Shown: positions 24,561-36,620 of the stretch, one piece after another | Layout of the letters: each line of letters starts with the position of its first letter | How positions within the stretch are numbered: the first letter of the stretch is position 1 | Assembly (NCBI RefSeq): GCF_032191835.1 | Contig: NC_083229.1 | Span: forward strand, 134,602,001 to 134,666,000 | Reading direction: 5' to 3' | DNA length: 64,000 bases | Source: Heteronotia binoei | Lineage: Eukaryota | Translations under genes and position numbers: made by a program | Notes under the pieces: model-generated | The model's database searches: none | Told to the model about the DNA's origin: nothing | The model's input: the letters and a program-made list of their open reading frames with translations, nothing else

Positions 24561-25114
24561 ATCAGGCCCTGGGCTAAATTACAGAATTGGCTGCCACATG
24601 CAAAGGACTTTCTGGCTTTGGTCCCTCACATTTGGAGGCTCCCTTTTTCCTCTCTGCTCTGCCACAAGACTCAGGCAAACGCTGCCACCGAGAAGCACTT
24701 GGGAAGCTGTGGAGGACACCAGAGCGGCTCTGGACTCAGAGGGGCTCCCAAGTACTGTTGCTGTCACTGCAGGTGGGCGGTGGTGGTGGAGATGGGCTTC
24801 CTCCCCACGTGTCTCGCAGGCCTCCCCCATGTGCTTCCTCTAGTCCCTCCATAAACAGAGCATCTCTCAGCAATACTGCTGCAGACGGCTGTGTTTGATT
24901 GGGAAACAGCATCCGCTTTCTGACTTTGGATATTGCTCACTACATAGGCCTACAATGCAAGTTCCCCAATTTCACAACTGCTTTTAACACTGAACATGCT
25001 TTGCTAATTAGAATCATGATAGTAAACAAAAAAACCAACAACATTAAAATAACCTCCATTCGACCTACTTCAGTGGTCTCCAATAAAAGAAATCAAGCAC
25101 AACTGTTAAATATG

Positions 25115-25120
25115 TTTAAT
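25115..25120 (-). terminator. TRIO: Candidate distal TRIO polyadenylation signal ATTAAA
   Basis: at end of U-rich UTR-like tract, followed on minus strand by GU/U-rich gttgtgcttgatttctttt. Confidence 0.5.
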
Positions 25121-26050
25121 TTTTTTAAAAATAACTGATGGCAAAATAAAATATTTACATCACATCATACTGTGTAAAGGCGCAACATCACTATACAAAG
25201 AAATATACATGCAAAATAAAGCAAAACTTTAACTAAAATACAAAACAAAATAAAAATTCATAAGCAAAAAAGTTATGGTTGGTATGAATGTGCATCCATC
25301 CAAGTTTTGAGTCTAATTCTCTTTTTTAAAAGTTTCTGTACAACTTTACAAAAAAAGAAGAAAATAGTAATAAATAGACCGCAATGGAAGCTGCAACGTT
25401 AAAATTAAAACCAAAGTGAATTTAGGTCTTAAGACTGATGACTGCATCTACTTTGTACCAGACGCAGGCTGGGTTTGTTCCAACAGGCATTACTTACATG
25501 CACATGCATCATGAACACACACACACAAAAGGATGACTGAACACCCACATCCACTCCCTGATACACGGGAAGCCATCAGTGTCTTAATATTCCACACATT
25601 GCCTGAGCCCTAAAAAACATTTTTCAAAAACAGACAGCTGTCATTTATCAGGTTCGGACTGTAATGGCTTGACCATACTTCTTCAAAGAGCACAAAATTC
25701 ATTCTGTTATCATACAGAAAGAAATACACAAATCTGAAAATTTTAAAAAGGTAAGAGATTGATTTTGGAAAAAAATAATACTTTGGTATTTTGAACAACA
25801 ATAACAAACAAACTTCTGTAAAAACATACCCTATTTTTCTTATCCAGTTTGCATCTCAGGAAATGAAAATCATTTTACAATATTTTTTAAACCAGTTCTA
25901 ATTTTGAACTAAGTTCTAAGCAAAGCCCCCAATGCAACTAGTTAATGTCACTGTGATAAAACCCTCACCCTTCCCTTCCCCCACCCTGGAAATGCCAAAC
26001 ACAAAGTCAAAAAGCTCGCCATACTATGAGTGTGCTTTTTTTCCTATATA

Positions 26051-26056
26051 TTTATT
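26051..26056 (-). terminator. TRIO: Candidate proximal TRIO polyadenylation signal AATAAA
   Basis: canonical hexamer about 970 nt after the stop codon. Confidence 0.5.
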
Positions 26057-27027
26057 ACAGTTACAACAGAGGTCCTCATAAATAGTTGCATAAAATGTTA
26101 AAGCCACAACATTGCACATAATATGAAATTTAAAAAAAAATCCCCAAGTGAGTGCATTTACAGTATTTTCTTCCTGCTGTATCCTGCTTGACAATGGAGG
26201 GCGGTTGGCCTACAGGACACCCAACCCAGGAGTCCTTTTCTGACCGGTCAAGCAAAGGCTGACCAGAACTGAAGACCCGCACAGTGGTAGACCACCAGGT
26301 AGGGAGAGGGGAGAAAAAAGGACAGGGGAGATCAAAGAGACACAGACCGAAGAAGGCAGGTAAACAGTATATTTACAAGTAAGGCCTACATTTTATCAGA
26401 GCAAAATGGTTCATTCTATTCGTATGCAAAAATCTTGAGGTTGGATGAACTTATAAGCAAAGTCTGATCTCAGTGCACTGCTATGCAAAATACACATAGG
26501 TGAGGCAACTGGAAAGCTGTATGTCCAAGTGGAAAAAAATCACAGGGGTCAAAATAGATGCCGTCTGGGTGGGCAGCTATTTCACTCAGTTTTTCTAAGC
26601 ATCACGGTTTGTCTCTTGTCTCTTAATACCAGAGCTTTGAACATAGATGTATTCCTTTGTCTAAAATCTTGAAAATGCTAGTTAAAGATCATTTGCAAAA
26701 TTTTAATTGTTTGACTTTTTTAAAAAAGGAATTTTTTTTTTTAGAAACCTGAATAAAATACTGTAGTAAGTGTAAAGTTCTTCATTGCCTTTTGCAGAGT
26801 ACAGTGCTGTAGTCCTCCACCCCAACGTAGTTTTGCACTGCTAGTCCCAAGTACAACCATGTGTAGATTTACTCGGAATGCATTCCACACGATGAACATG
26901 CTAGCAGCTGATTGGCTCTTTATTTTTTCTTCACCCCAAATTCAAGTCAACAGCTGATTGGCAGGAGAGCTTCATCCTTAGTTTGATTGGCAAGTGAAAG
27001 AGAATGAGAGAGGACGTCACAGTTGGA

Positions 27028-27573
27028 TTAAACTTTTGGCAAGAGTCTGCTCTGTAAGAAGTTTTTAATGCTACAAATGGGTCGAACATCATTCTGGTGT
27101 TTCCGCCGCTCAATGAAGGAAGTCAGTCTGGCTATGTCAATCTGGCTGTCAGCACTTTTGGCACTGCCTGGCTGCAGCCACTGGTCCTGGAGGGCTCGTG
27201 CAGCAGAAGGACGCTGGGCTGGGTCAGCCTGCAGCAGGAAACAGACAAAATCTTTGGCCTTCTGGCTCACTCCTTTGAAGTAGTCATCTGGGAAGCTAAA
27301 ATCTAAGCGGCAAATGTTCAGGCAGGTTTCCTCTACACTTTCGTCCAGGAAAGGAGACACGCCACTCAGGAGGACATATGTGAGCACTCCAATGCTCCAC
27401 ACATCTGAGGTCAGGGAGACGGGGTTTCCAAGGATAATCTCAGGAGCTGCAAACTCTGGGTTCCCAAGTAACTGGTGGATATAGTAGGTGGTATTGAGCT
27501 GGACTGCATCTCCAAAGTCAGCCAGCCGGATGGTTGCTTTGGCCAAGCTTTTATCCACCAGAACGTTTTCAGG
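27028..27573 (-). CDS. TRIO: TRIO terminal coding exon (kinase C-lobe), PENVLVDKSLAKATIRLADFGDAVQLN..LQSRLLPKV*
   Basis: ttttag acceptor, DFG motif, APE motif, TAA stop; near-identical to human TRIO C-terminus. Confidence 0.97.
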   Translation of the reverse strand, partial: PENVLVDKSLAKATIRLADFGDAVQLNTTYYIHQLLGNPEFAAPEIILGNPVSLTSDVWSIGVLTYVLLSGVSPFLDESVEETCLNICRLDFSFPDDYFKGVSQKAKDFVCFLLQADPAQRPSAARALQDQWLQPGSAKSADSQIDIARLTSFIERRKHQNDVRPICSIKNFLQSRLLPKV

Positions 27574-28171
27574 CTAAAAGGCAAAGTGAAGAGAGAAAGT
27601 TTCATTCCCATATCCAGCAAATACCATGCAAGCAACAGTCTGGACTTTCAAATGAAGAGAGGAGTTGGGCCTTGGTCACTAAGGCATGTTTTTCAAATAC
27701 TAAACACTGGAAAAACTTTTGGAAAACTATTAAAAATTTACAAACGCCCAGATAAAACTAGCACATCTCAGCTAACTGAGCAGATATATCCAGTGGACCA
27801 GTCTGCTAAAATTCAAGACTTCTAAAACCGATCTTAAGTAAAATTGTTCCCCATTGTTAAGGCCATGCGCGATAAGGAAATTAAGTCGTGCTAACCCACC
27901 CGCTGAACATCCTTCCTCCTTCAGACCTGGCACAGACACGGGGTCAAACAGGCGCAGAGACTGAACCCATTTTTTTCCCAATAGGGGAGCGGGGGGGGGG
28001 GGGGCATCCAGGCAGGGACAAGAAGTGACTGGAGGAATGTATGGGCGTGCCAGCATTTTAACTACACACTTGAATAAACAGACTGTTACAAATAGATCTC
28101 TATGCTTTCCAGAAGCTGACCCCTTTCCATGTCAGGATCTCTGTGAATGGAGCAATTTATATTCTTTAAGG

Positions 28172-28770
28172 CAGAGGTGTGGGCCGGACCTGACATAAAT
28201 GAGACCTTTTGGGGCCAGGCCAGGTGTGTCATAAAATGCAATACCAGGCAGCAGCAATATAAACTTTATAAAAGACGCAAACACAATAAAATATTTTTGT
28301 TAAAATAAAACATGCTTAAAAACGATCATTCTTGCAATATTTTGTTTTTTTAAGTCTGATAACTGACACCTCTTGCTCTTCTAAATTGTTGCATCAAAAT
28401 CTGGAGGCAATGTCTGCGCTGTAGCACTCTTAAGTATGTTGTTCAGGTATGTATCTGTAAGTTTCAAATCTACTTTTGATTTACTGACATTCATTACAGA
28501 AATCTTATGCTTTGAGCCTAAGGCCCAGGGGAAAATATGAAATGGCTGGGCATTGTGAGCTTTTGTATGTAAGTTACTTCATGTGCTGGTCAGCCAATGG
28601 AAAAAATAGAGGCTTTGCTCTGCAGCTCCTGTGCAATTGGGCAAGTCTGGCAAAGCAAGAAGGAAGCAAGAGAGGGAGAAGGAAGCAAATGACAGTAAGT
28701 TGCTCATGGGCCTGACAAGAGCACTCCAGGGGCCTGATTCAGCCCTTGGGCCACAGGTTTGACAGCCCTG
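28172..28770 (-). mobile_element. Non-autonomous hAT-like element
   Basis: terminus gtttgacagccctg; internal sequence shared with 28911-29474 and 32199-32717. Confidence 0.7.
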
Positions 28771-28910
28771 ATCTAAAGAGTAGCGAGAAATGGGATAATA
28801 AAAGTACACATCTGTGAAATACTGTGGCTGAAATCTATCTGATTTGAGAATCCAGATGTCTGATCATCCTGGGACCTTTTCTTTACCCATTGTCCTTAAC
28901 ATTCCTGGAG

Positions 28911-29474
28911 CAAGGGTGTCAAACATGAAGCTGGAGGGCCGGATCAGTTCCCCGGATGAGTCCTATCAGGCCTGTAAGAAACTGGCTGTTGTCTGCTTCC
29001 TTCTTTCTTTCTTTCTTTCTTTCTTTCTCTCTCTCTCTCTCTCGCTTCCTTTTGCATTATAGCCAGGCTTGCTCAATCACACAGGAGCTATGGAGCAAAG
29101 CCTCCTTTTTCTCAATTGGCTGAGGCTCCACCCTTGGGGAGGAAGAGGGGGAGGGAGAGCTTGCTTTGCCAGGCTCTCTCAATGGCATAGCAGAGCTACT
29201 GAGCCAAGCTTCTCTTCCTTCTATTGGCTGAGGCTCCTCAGAGCAAAAGCTGCCAATTATCAGAGACTGTTAAATAAACAAAAATATTTCAAGAGTGCTA
29301 ATATTTTAGGCATGTTTTATTTTAAGTTCTTAAAAAACCTTTAATTGTGTTTGTCTGTGTCCTTTATAAAGTTTATATCTCCACTGCCTGGCATTACATT
29401 ACAAATGGCCCAGCCTGACAAAGTCTCAATTATGTCAGATCCGACCCTCCTAACAAATGAGTTTGATACCCCTG
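28911..29474 (+). mobile_element. Non-autonomous hAT-like element with internal (TTTC)n/(TC)n tract
   Basis: TIRs caagggtgtcaaac / gtttgatacccctg. Confidence 0.75.
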
Positions 29475-30461
29475 CTTTAGATGTCCCTTTTGAGAACAAG
29501 ACCGAAAAATGACAAACTTGGCAGGAGTCTCATTTTAGCCTTTCAGGGCTGCTCTTTGAGGCTCTGTTGTGAAGCTGACAGATGTTCATGGAAGTGGTCA
29601 GGGAAGAGCCAATGAGCTGTTTGCAGTTCCTGACTCAGCTGGCCGGACTGAGATGCAGGCCCTCATCTTTGCACCTGATTGTTCTGATGGCACAAAGATG
29701 CACATTTTGAACTGGTTTCGGTCTGGTCATCAGAACTTGTAACTTTTACCTAGGTGCTTAGCAAGAGTGTATTCTGTTAGCTCAACTGACTCCATGTTGT
29801 GAACTTTACTAACCCTGTAACTCTGCATTTCAAACAAATACTAACCATTGAAGGGTGACTGATAACCACTGGCAAACATCTGCATGTACCCTTTGAAGCT
29901 GGCAAGCTAGAGAAAGACAGCGGGGTTCCTTCCTCCTTGATGGGAGATAAGGAGCCTGGGAACAGACAACTGTCTCTCTGAGTGTGAGAAAGGATTTATT
30001 GTTTTATGTTACCAATGTATAAGAATGTACCGATGGCCTTGGAAGCCATCAGAGTCAACTTGCTTCTTCCATGGACAGAGTTCTCAAATAAACGGATTAA
30101 TTTTTGAAACAAAGTGATGCGTTTCTTTTGAAGTTCCCAGTTCTGACACTGGTCTCCTATATGCGGTTTCAAAAAGCGAGCAGGATGTAAACCTTGAGAA
30201 GCTCCTACAGACAATGGCTTCCTGGCTTTAAAACAGGCTGAACTTGCTCCAATCTGCCTGCCTGCTTGAAAGCAGAGGACTGCACTGAAATGCTGAAACT
30301 CTTTCTGAATAGTAAACGTTCTCTCAAGGTATCAGTAATGTAGAGTTGGAGTTCAGGGCATTTCTCTCTGTCTGCGGAAAGCCTTGCACAGCTTGTGCTG
30401 AAGGGACTCCTGAGGTTTGTACTGACGGACTCATTGGGGGAGAACTTTCAGCCCAGTTCAC

Positions 30462-30600
30462 CTTCAGGTCCAAGTGCGCGATTCTGCAGTTGTGAAGATA
30501 CTGCACAGCTTCCAGAACTTCCCCCAGGCAGAGCTTGATCTTCCCTTCTGTGAGGTTTCCCCCCCGCACAATGTAGTCCAGAAGGCGCCCCTGGTTGGCC
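30462..30600 (-). CDS. TRIO: TRIO kinase exon, (M)ANQGRLLDYIVRGGNLTEGKIKLCLGEVLEAVQYLHNCRIAHLDLK
   Basis: 139 nt, phase 2/0, catalytic loop HLDLK. Confidence 0.97.
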
Positions 30601-31806
30601 CTGTGGGAGCAGAAGCAGCAGACCATTGGCAAAGGACAGAGCTGAGATTTTCAGTTCTGTATTTCTAGGTCAACATTATGACCTGCACTATTTCTCTTAA
30701 ACAAACAGAAACCATGGCCAATTTCATCCTACCCCCCCTTTTTTTTAAATGAGGAAGGAATGGAATAGTCAATTCTTGTTGAATTATCACTACCATGCGG
30801 GGCTTCTTTTTCTGGAACTCTCCAAAGGGAAATGAAGAAGAAACACCCGGGTGCCCCTCAGGAACTTTTAAACATTTTTTTTTAGAATTTTGTTTCCACA
30901 AAGAGGTTCTGGGTCTCTGTCCTGCCACAGCCCCCCAGAAAAAGAAGCCCTGGCTGTCAGAATAGTAACACTTTTTTTGCTTGCAATCAGATTCAGTTGT
31001 AAACCCAAAGATCAGGAGAAGAGGGAGGGGTTGCGTAAGCGTCTCTCGTAGGTGAGCTGAAGGGAAGGCCTACAAACGAAGCACAGCCAGTGTTCTTGCA
31101 GTGTTGGCTGCTGATCTGTCTGCTCTTGTCTCTCTATTTTCCAAAGCAAATCGGACACCACTATATACATATCTCTGACTGGATCATGGACAACATATCA
31201 CTAAAAATGCAGGTAGAATTCTCCCTCATGCTATGCAAAGAATGCTGACAAGTCTCAATTCCTTTAACTTTAAATTGGACACAGTGTAATTTGTAAACCT
31301 AAAAGGGCTGTAGGATTGTAGCACACCGACTGCCCATATACTTGACAGGGGAGGATGTCTGGAAAGGACGGAGCCTCTCCTGCTTAAGAATCTGGTACTT
31401 GGGGGTCTGCAGCAGACCTGAAGGAAGTCTTGGTCGTGCAGGAGGAGGAGCAGTCCCAGTCTGGAGCTCACAGGGGCCTCGATCCCATCAGGTGTTTCAC
31501 TCAATCTCACCTAATTCTCCTTCTTACTAAGCCCCCCCCCCCCCCAATTACACGTGACATTTTCAAAGCACATTCCGGGATCCTCAGGATATTTTTTCAG
31601 TATTCAAAGGGGACCACCTTCCTTCCTTGTTTGCTGGGAGAAAAGCTGGTTGGATTCAACATTTTGAATCTCCTAAATCTCTTGGAAGCCAGATGTGGTT
31701 CAGAGGCCACCAAAGTGGCTGCCCTGGATTCAAATTATCATAAAAATATGCAGCATCTTGGGCAGGAGTAAAACATTTGCATGAAGAAACTTAAGGAGCC
31801 ACATAC

Positions 31807-32007
31807 ATCTCTAACACCAAGATATAACTGCTGGAAGTCTCAAAGGTATCAAGAAGGCCAACAAGCTGAGGGTGTTGAAGATTCTGCATAATCCCAAGTT
31901 CGTGGGTGACCTGATCTCGTTTCATCAGTTTCTTGTTCACGAACTTAGCAGCTACTTCGTGCTTGGTCCCCTTTTGATCACATCTCTTGATGACAGAAAA
32001 CCTGCCT
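31807..32007 (-). CDS. TRIO: TRIO kinase exon, (R)GRFSVIKRCDQKGTKHEVAAKF..YILVLE(M)
   Basis: 201 nt, phase 2/2, Gly-loop and VAAK lysine. Confidence 0.97.
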
Positions 32008-32198
32008 CTGGAAAACAAGAGACAGAAACAATGAGGTCAACTCTTACCAAGCAAAGGCAGCTTGCTCTCACAAGAGGAAATATTTGGACAGACATAGTCA
32101 AAGGCAGCTCTGAGATGCCAGGCACGCCTCCATCCTTTGCAATGAAATCAGGTTGTTCGCTTGCTGAATCACTTACAACCAAGTCACACCAATTAAAT

Positions 32199-32717
32199 CA
32201 GGGGGGGTCAAACATGTGGCCCAGGGGCTGAATCAGGCCCCCATGCAACTGGCTGACATCTGCTTCCTTCTCCCTCTCTCTTTCTTCCTTCTGTATAACA
32301 GCTTGCTTTGCCAGGCTTTCTCAATTGCACAGCAGAGCTACTGAGTCAAGCCTCTCTTCCTTCTATTAGCTGAGGCTCCTCCCCCTCCTGGCCTTCTGGG
32401 GAAGGAAGGAAAAAGCCAGAGCTTCCTTTGCCCAGCTCCCTGGATCCCATGGGAGAGATAAAAAGAAAGCACCTTTAAGACCAACAAGTGCTAATGCTTT
32501 AAGCATGTTTTATGTTAAGCTTTTAGCCGCCCTGAGACACTTAGGTGAGAAGGGCGGGGTATAAATCTTAATATAAATATAAATAAATAAATTAAAAAAT
32601 CTTTGTGTTTGTCTTTGTCCTTCCTGGCATTGCATTTCATGACACACCTGGCCCAGCCTGACAAGACCTCATTTACGTCAGATCCGGCCCTCAGAACAAA
32701 TTTGCTCAACACCCCTG
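32199..32717 (+). mobile_element. hAT MITE with 8-bp TSD, containing an inserted L2 tail (about 32520-32595)
   Basis: TIRs caggggggg tcaaac / ctcaacacccctg; TSD aattaaat at 32191-32198 and 32718-32725. Confidence 0.85.
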
Positions 32718-33835
32718 AATTAAATGTTTGTATAGCTACTATGCTGTTATCATTCCAAATGGAGACCTACAAGAAATTGCCAGGGTGCCCCCACAAACAG
32801 CCCTCTCCAGGGGACATTTGAGAGGCTCGAGCAAGCCAGTTTCTCCATCTCCTGCTTTGTTTATTGCTGTGTTTGCTTCAGCAGACTCTGAACTACTCTC
32901 AACACCCCAAGAGCCACGGACATGCTTCATGCCTCCCCCCCAACCGCCTTCTGGTTAACGACTGTCGAGGTCCGTGCTGGCCTCAAGACAAAGAGGGGGA
33001 GGGGATGTCCTTCCCTCTGCACCCCCCAGTGAGGGCCAGCCTGTCACCCCAGTGGGCACAAGAACAAAGCACCACTCGGCTCACAGCTGTTCCCTGGTTC
33101 AGCGGGGTGGTGGGCGGGACCTCCCCTCTGGGCGCCAATGATCCGCTGGGTAGCAGGGTGAGATGCTGCCACTGGGCAGGTTGTGGGTGCCCCTCATGCA
33201 GCGAGGGGGCAGGCATGGTGCTCAACTGCCTTGGTGTTGTGGGAACAGCCGACCCACTGCCATGACCGGGGGTGTGTGTGTGTGTCTCTGCCCGAGCCTG
33301 GGAACCCCCCAGCCCCACAACATTTCTAATTCCCCAGCCCTTGACAGCAGGTGCTGCCTTTGTGTTAATAACCCCCCCCCCAGCTATAGTAATTTCAATG
33401 GGCCTGCTTGATCTTTTCTGGACAGTTATCGAAAATGAAATGTGCCTGCTGGACATGAAAGACAGGTTGCTTACTGTAACTGTAGATCTTCGAGTGGTCA
33501 TCTGTGCATTCACACTCATGGGACAGATCACCTGCGTCGATCCCCGAATCGGTACCTAAAAAGCCCGGGATTTTTTCGCGCTCGGCACCAAAGGGCGTGC
33601 GCATGCTCGCTGGCGCCAGCGCAAGGATCCCACCAGTTCCTTCCTGACCACTGGAAGCCCCTACTGGAGGGAGACCGTCAGCAGTGGGGAAGGAGGGCGG
33701 GTAGTGTGAATGCACAGATGACCACTCGAAGATCTACAGTTACAGGTAAGCAACCTGTCTATCTTCTTCGTGGTCTCTGTGCTTCACACTCATGGGAGAT
33801 TAGCAAGCAAGACATACCTGGAGGTGGGAAGACGG

Positions 33836-34860
33836 TCAACCAGAAGAAACAGCTTGCAGCACCGCAGCTCCCAGATGAGTCCTCTGTTCAGCATGTACGT
33901 CCAGCGCATAGTGCTTCATAAAGGCATGCGGAGAGGACCAGGTGACAGCCTTGCAAACGTCCGTCAGGGAAACACCTTTCAGGAACGCCACAGACTTCGC
34001 CATCGCTCTTGTAGAGTGTCAGCGAATAGGCCCAGGTAACGGCTTCTTAGCCAACAAATAACACAGTTTAATACTCTCAGTAAGCCATTTTGAAAGCCGC
34101 TGAGACGAGATTCTGGAACCTAACTTAGGAGCAGCATAAGAAACAAAAAGATGCTGGTCCTTATGAAAACCCTTGGAGCAACTCAAATAAAATAATAAGG
34201 CATGCTTAACATCTAAAGCATGCAACCTACGTTCCTCATCCAAGGAAGGTGTAGGATAAAACGTGGGCAACCAAACTTCTAAGTTAAGGTGGAACTGAGA
34301 AACCACCTTGGGGAGAAAGGAAATATCAGGAACTAAGGACACTCCAGACTCCTGAAAAGCTAAATATGGGTAGTCACAACGCACAGCCGTGAGCTCCCCT
34401 GCACGGCATGCTGATGTGATGGCTACCAAAAAGGCAGTCTTCCAAAATAGGAGCTGTAACGAGCATGTAGCCATCGGCTCAAAAGGACGCCGAGTCAGCC
34501 TGTCCAACACTAGAGTCAAATCCCACAACTGTGGGGGTGATCTCGAAAAAGAATGAAGCAAACCCTTAAAAATCTCTTAGAATGAGGGTGTGCAAAAACT
34601 GAATGCCCCTCCACTGGTTCATGGAATGCAGATATTGCCGTCAGATTAATGGAGGAAAAAACAAGGCCAGCATCCACCAGAGACAACAAAAACTCAAAAA
34701 TAACTGGCAGCCCCACCCTCTGGGGCAAAACGGTAGGATCAACTAAAAACTGAAGAAACTTCCACCACTTCCTATTATAAGAAGCGTAGGTAGACAGCTT
34801 CCTGATATTCAGGAAAACGTGTTGGACTCTGCTGGAGAACTCACAGTGTCGATGAACCAT
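33836..34860 (-). pseudogene. DIRS tyrosine recombinase, disrupted
   Basis: STYASYNRKWWKF N-domain, WDLTLVL, AITSACRAGEL, ALDVKHALLFYL, then TGA at 34019-34021 followed by HSTRAMA..FMKHYALDV; frameshift near 34560. Confidence 0.9.
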
Positions 34861-34964
34861 GCTGTCAGCTTCAGGTGGGGCATGTTGTGATGGAATACAT
34901 GACCGTCCTGAGCTGACAGAAGATCCGGTTCCACCGGAAACTGGTAGAAGACCCCCCTCGCCAG

Positions 34965-35740
34965 TTAGAGCAAGATCGGGAACCAGTTCTGCTGAGGCCA
35001 CCACGGAGTCACAAGGATGCAGCATGGTTTCTCTCTTGTGATCTTGTTGACCACCCTTGTCAATAGTGGCAGAGGTGGGAACAGATATAGGAATCGACCT
35101 TCCCACGGGAACAGCAGAACGTCTCCCAACGACTCTGGATCCGAGCCCCCTCTGGAGCAGAACAGAGGACATTTCCGGTTCTCGACTGTGGCAAAGACGT
35201 CCACCTGAGAATACCCCCAGAGCTGAAACATGGGTTGAAGGAAGCACCACTGTATCTCCCACTTGTGTGGGGAAGCCGCACCCCTGCTGAGGGAGTCTGC
35301 TTGCAGATTGAGCACCTCTGGGAGATGCGCAGCCTTCACAAAGATGTTGCGGTCCAGGCACTCCAACCACAGTTCCACTGCCAGCGCACAGAGCTGTCGA
35401 GAAACTGTCCCTCCCTGTCTGTTGATGTAACACAGGGCAGTGGTATTCTCCGTAAGCAGAGCAACAACCTTCCCCGCCACCATGGGGCGGAAGGATCAAA
35501 GAGCAAAATGAACTGCCAGCAGTTCCAGATAATTTATATGGCAATGAGTCAATTTCAAAGGCCAAGGGCCCCCCACACACAGCACGTCCATGTGGGCCCC
35601 CCAACCCCATAAAGACGCATCTGTTGTGATCGTCACTGTTGGTACAGGCAGGTGGAAGGGAGCTCCCTGACAAATGTTGTCCTTTGATTTCCACCACTGC
35701 AGTGTTTGATGTGTCACAGGTGGAATTACAAACCTCTTTC
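34965..35740 (-). pseudogene. DIRS RNase H plus Dam-like methyltransferase domain, frameshifted
   Basis: TTDASLWGWGAH, HINYLELLAV, ENTTALCYINRQGGT, NLQADSLSR, VDVFAT, LYLFPPLPLL, LVTPWWPQQNWF. Confidence 0.9.
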
Positions 35741-35890
35741 GAGACGCCTGTGCACCGGACGCAGCGGGTGGAGCGAGAGGAGCCCTGAGCCGCTGACGGG
35801 GCCGGGAACTAGGAGGGGTGCGCTGCCGGGAGTGAGTTTGGTGGTGACGGCAGATAACGTTGGGGTGCTGAAGAGGGGAGCTGGTGCAGA

Positions 35891-36620
35891 CAATCTTGGA
35901 AGGACCGGGTGTATGGGCAGAGCAGGGCCCCTGAATGAATAGGTTGCCCCCACAAACAGAACGGTGGGGCTCTGCTGCGTGCTGTAATTAATTTACAATT
36001 AGGAATAGGGTGGAATTTACAATTAATTATTGCTATTTGATCGAAAATTTTTTCGATCAATCTTGGATCAATGTTTCGATCAATCTTGAAAATTTTTTCG
36101 ATCAATCTTGGAAGGACCGGGTGTTAATTACAATTACGGTAATTATTGCTATTTGATCGAAATTTTTTTCAATCAATCTTCGATCAATCTTTCGATCAAT
36201 CTTGAAAATTTTTTCGATCAATCTTGGAAGGACCGGGTGTATGGGCAGAGCAGGGCCCCTGAATGAATAGGTTGCCCCCACAAACAGAACGGTGGGGCTC
36301 TGCTGCGTGCTGTAATTAATTTACAATTCATTATTGCTATTTGATCGAAATTTTTTTCGATCAATCTTGGATCAATCTTTCGATCAATCTTGAAAGGACC
36401 GGGTGTTAATTATAATTAATTATTGCTATTTGATCGAAAATTTTTTCGATCAATCTTGGAAGGACCGGGTGTATGGGCAGAGCAGGGCCCCTGAATGAAT
36501 AGGTTGCCCCCACAAACAGAACGGTGGGGCTCTGCTGCGTGCTGTAATTAATTTACAATTAGGAATAGGGCGGAATTTACAATTAATTATTGCTATTTGA
36601 TCGAAAAATTTTTTTCCAAT
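35891..36620. repeat. Composite tandem array: three copies of a roughly 110-bp unit interleaved with AT-rich hairpin modules
   Basis: unit caatcttggaaggaccgggtgtatgggcag..aatttacaatt at 35891, 36219, 36451; hairpin ttgatcgaaaattttttcgatcaa at 36037, 36430 and variants at 36153, 36341, 36597. Confidence 0.9.

Noticed and set aside
34516-35697. 393-aa ORF as a novel gene
   Set aside because: It is the DIRS recombinase frame overlapping the RNaseH/MT frame, a normal DIRS arrangement; only its last part is recognisable YR sequence.
35891-36620. CRISPR-like appearance (palindromic repeats with intervening sequence)
   Set aside because: Vertebrate intron, no cas genes, and the intervening blocks are themselves repeated rather than unique spacers.
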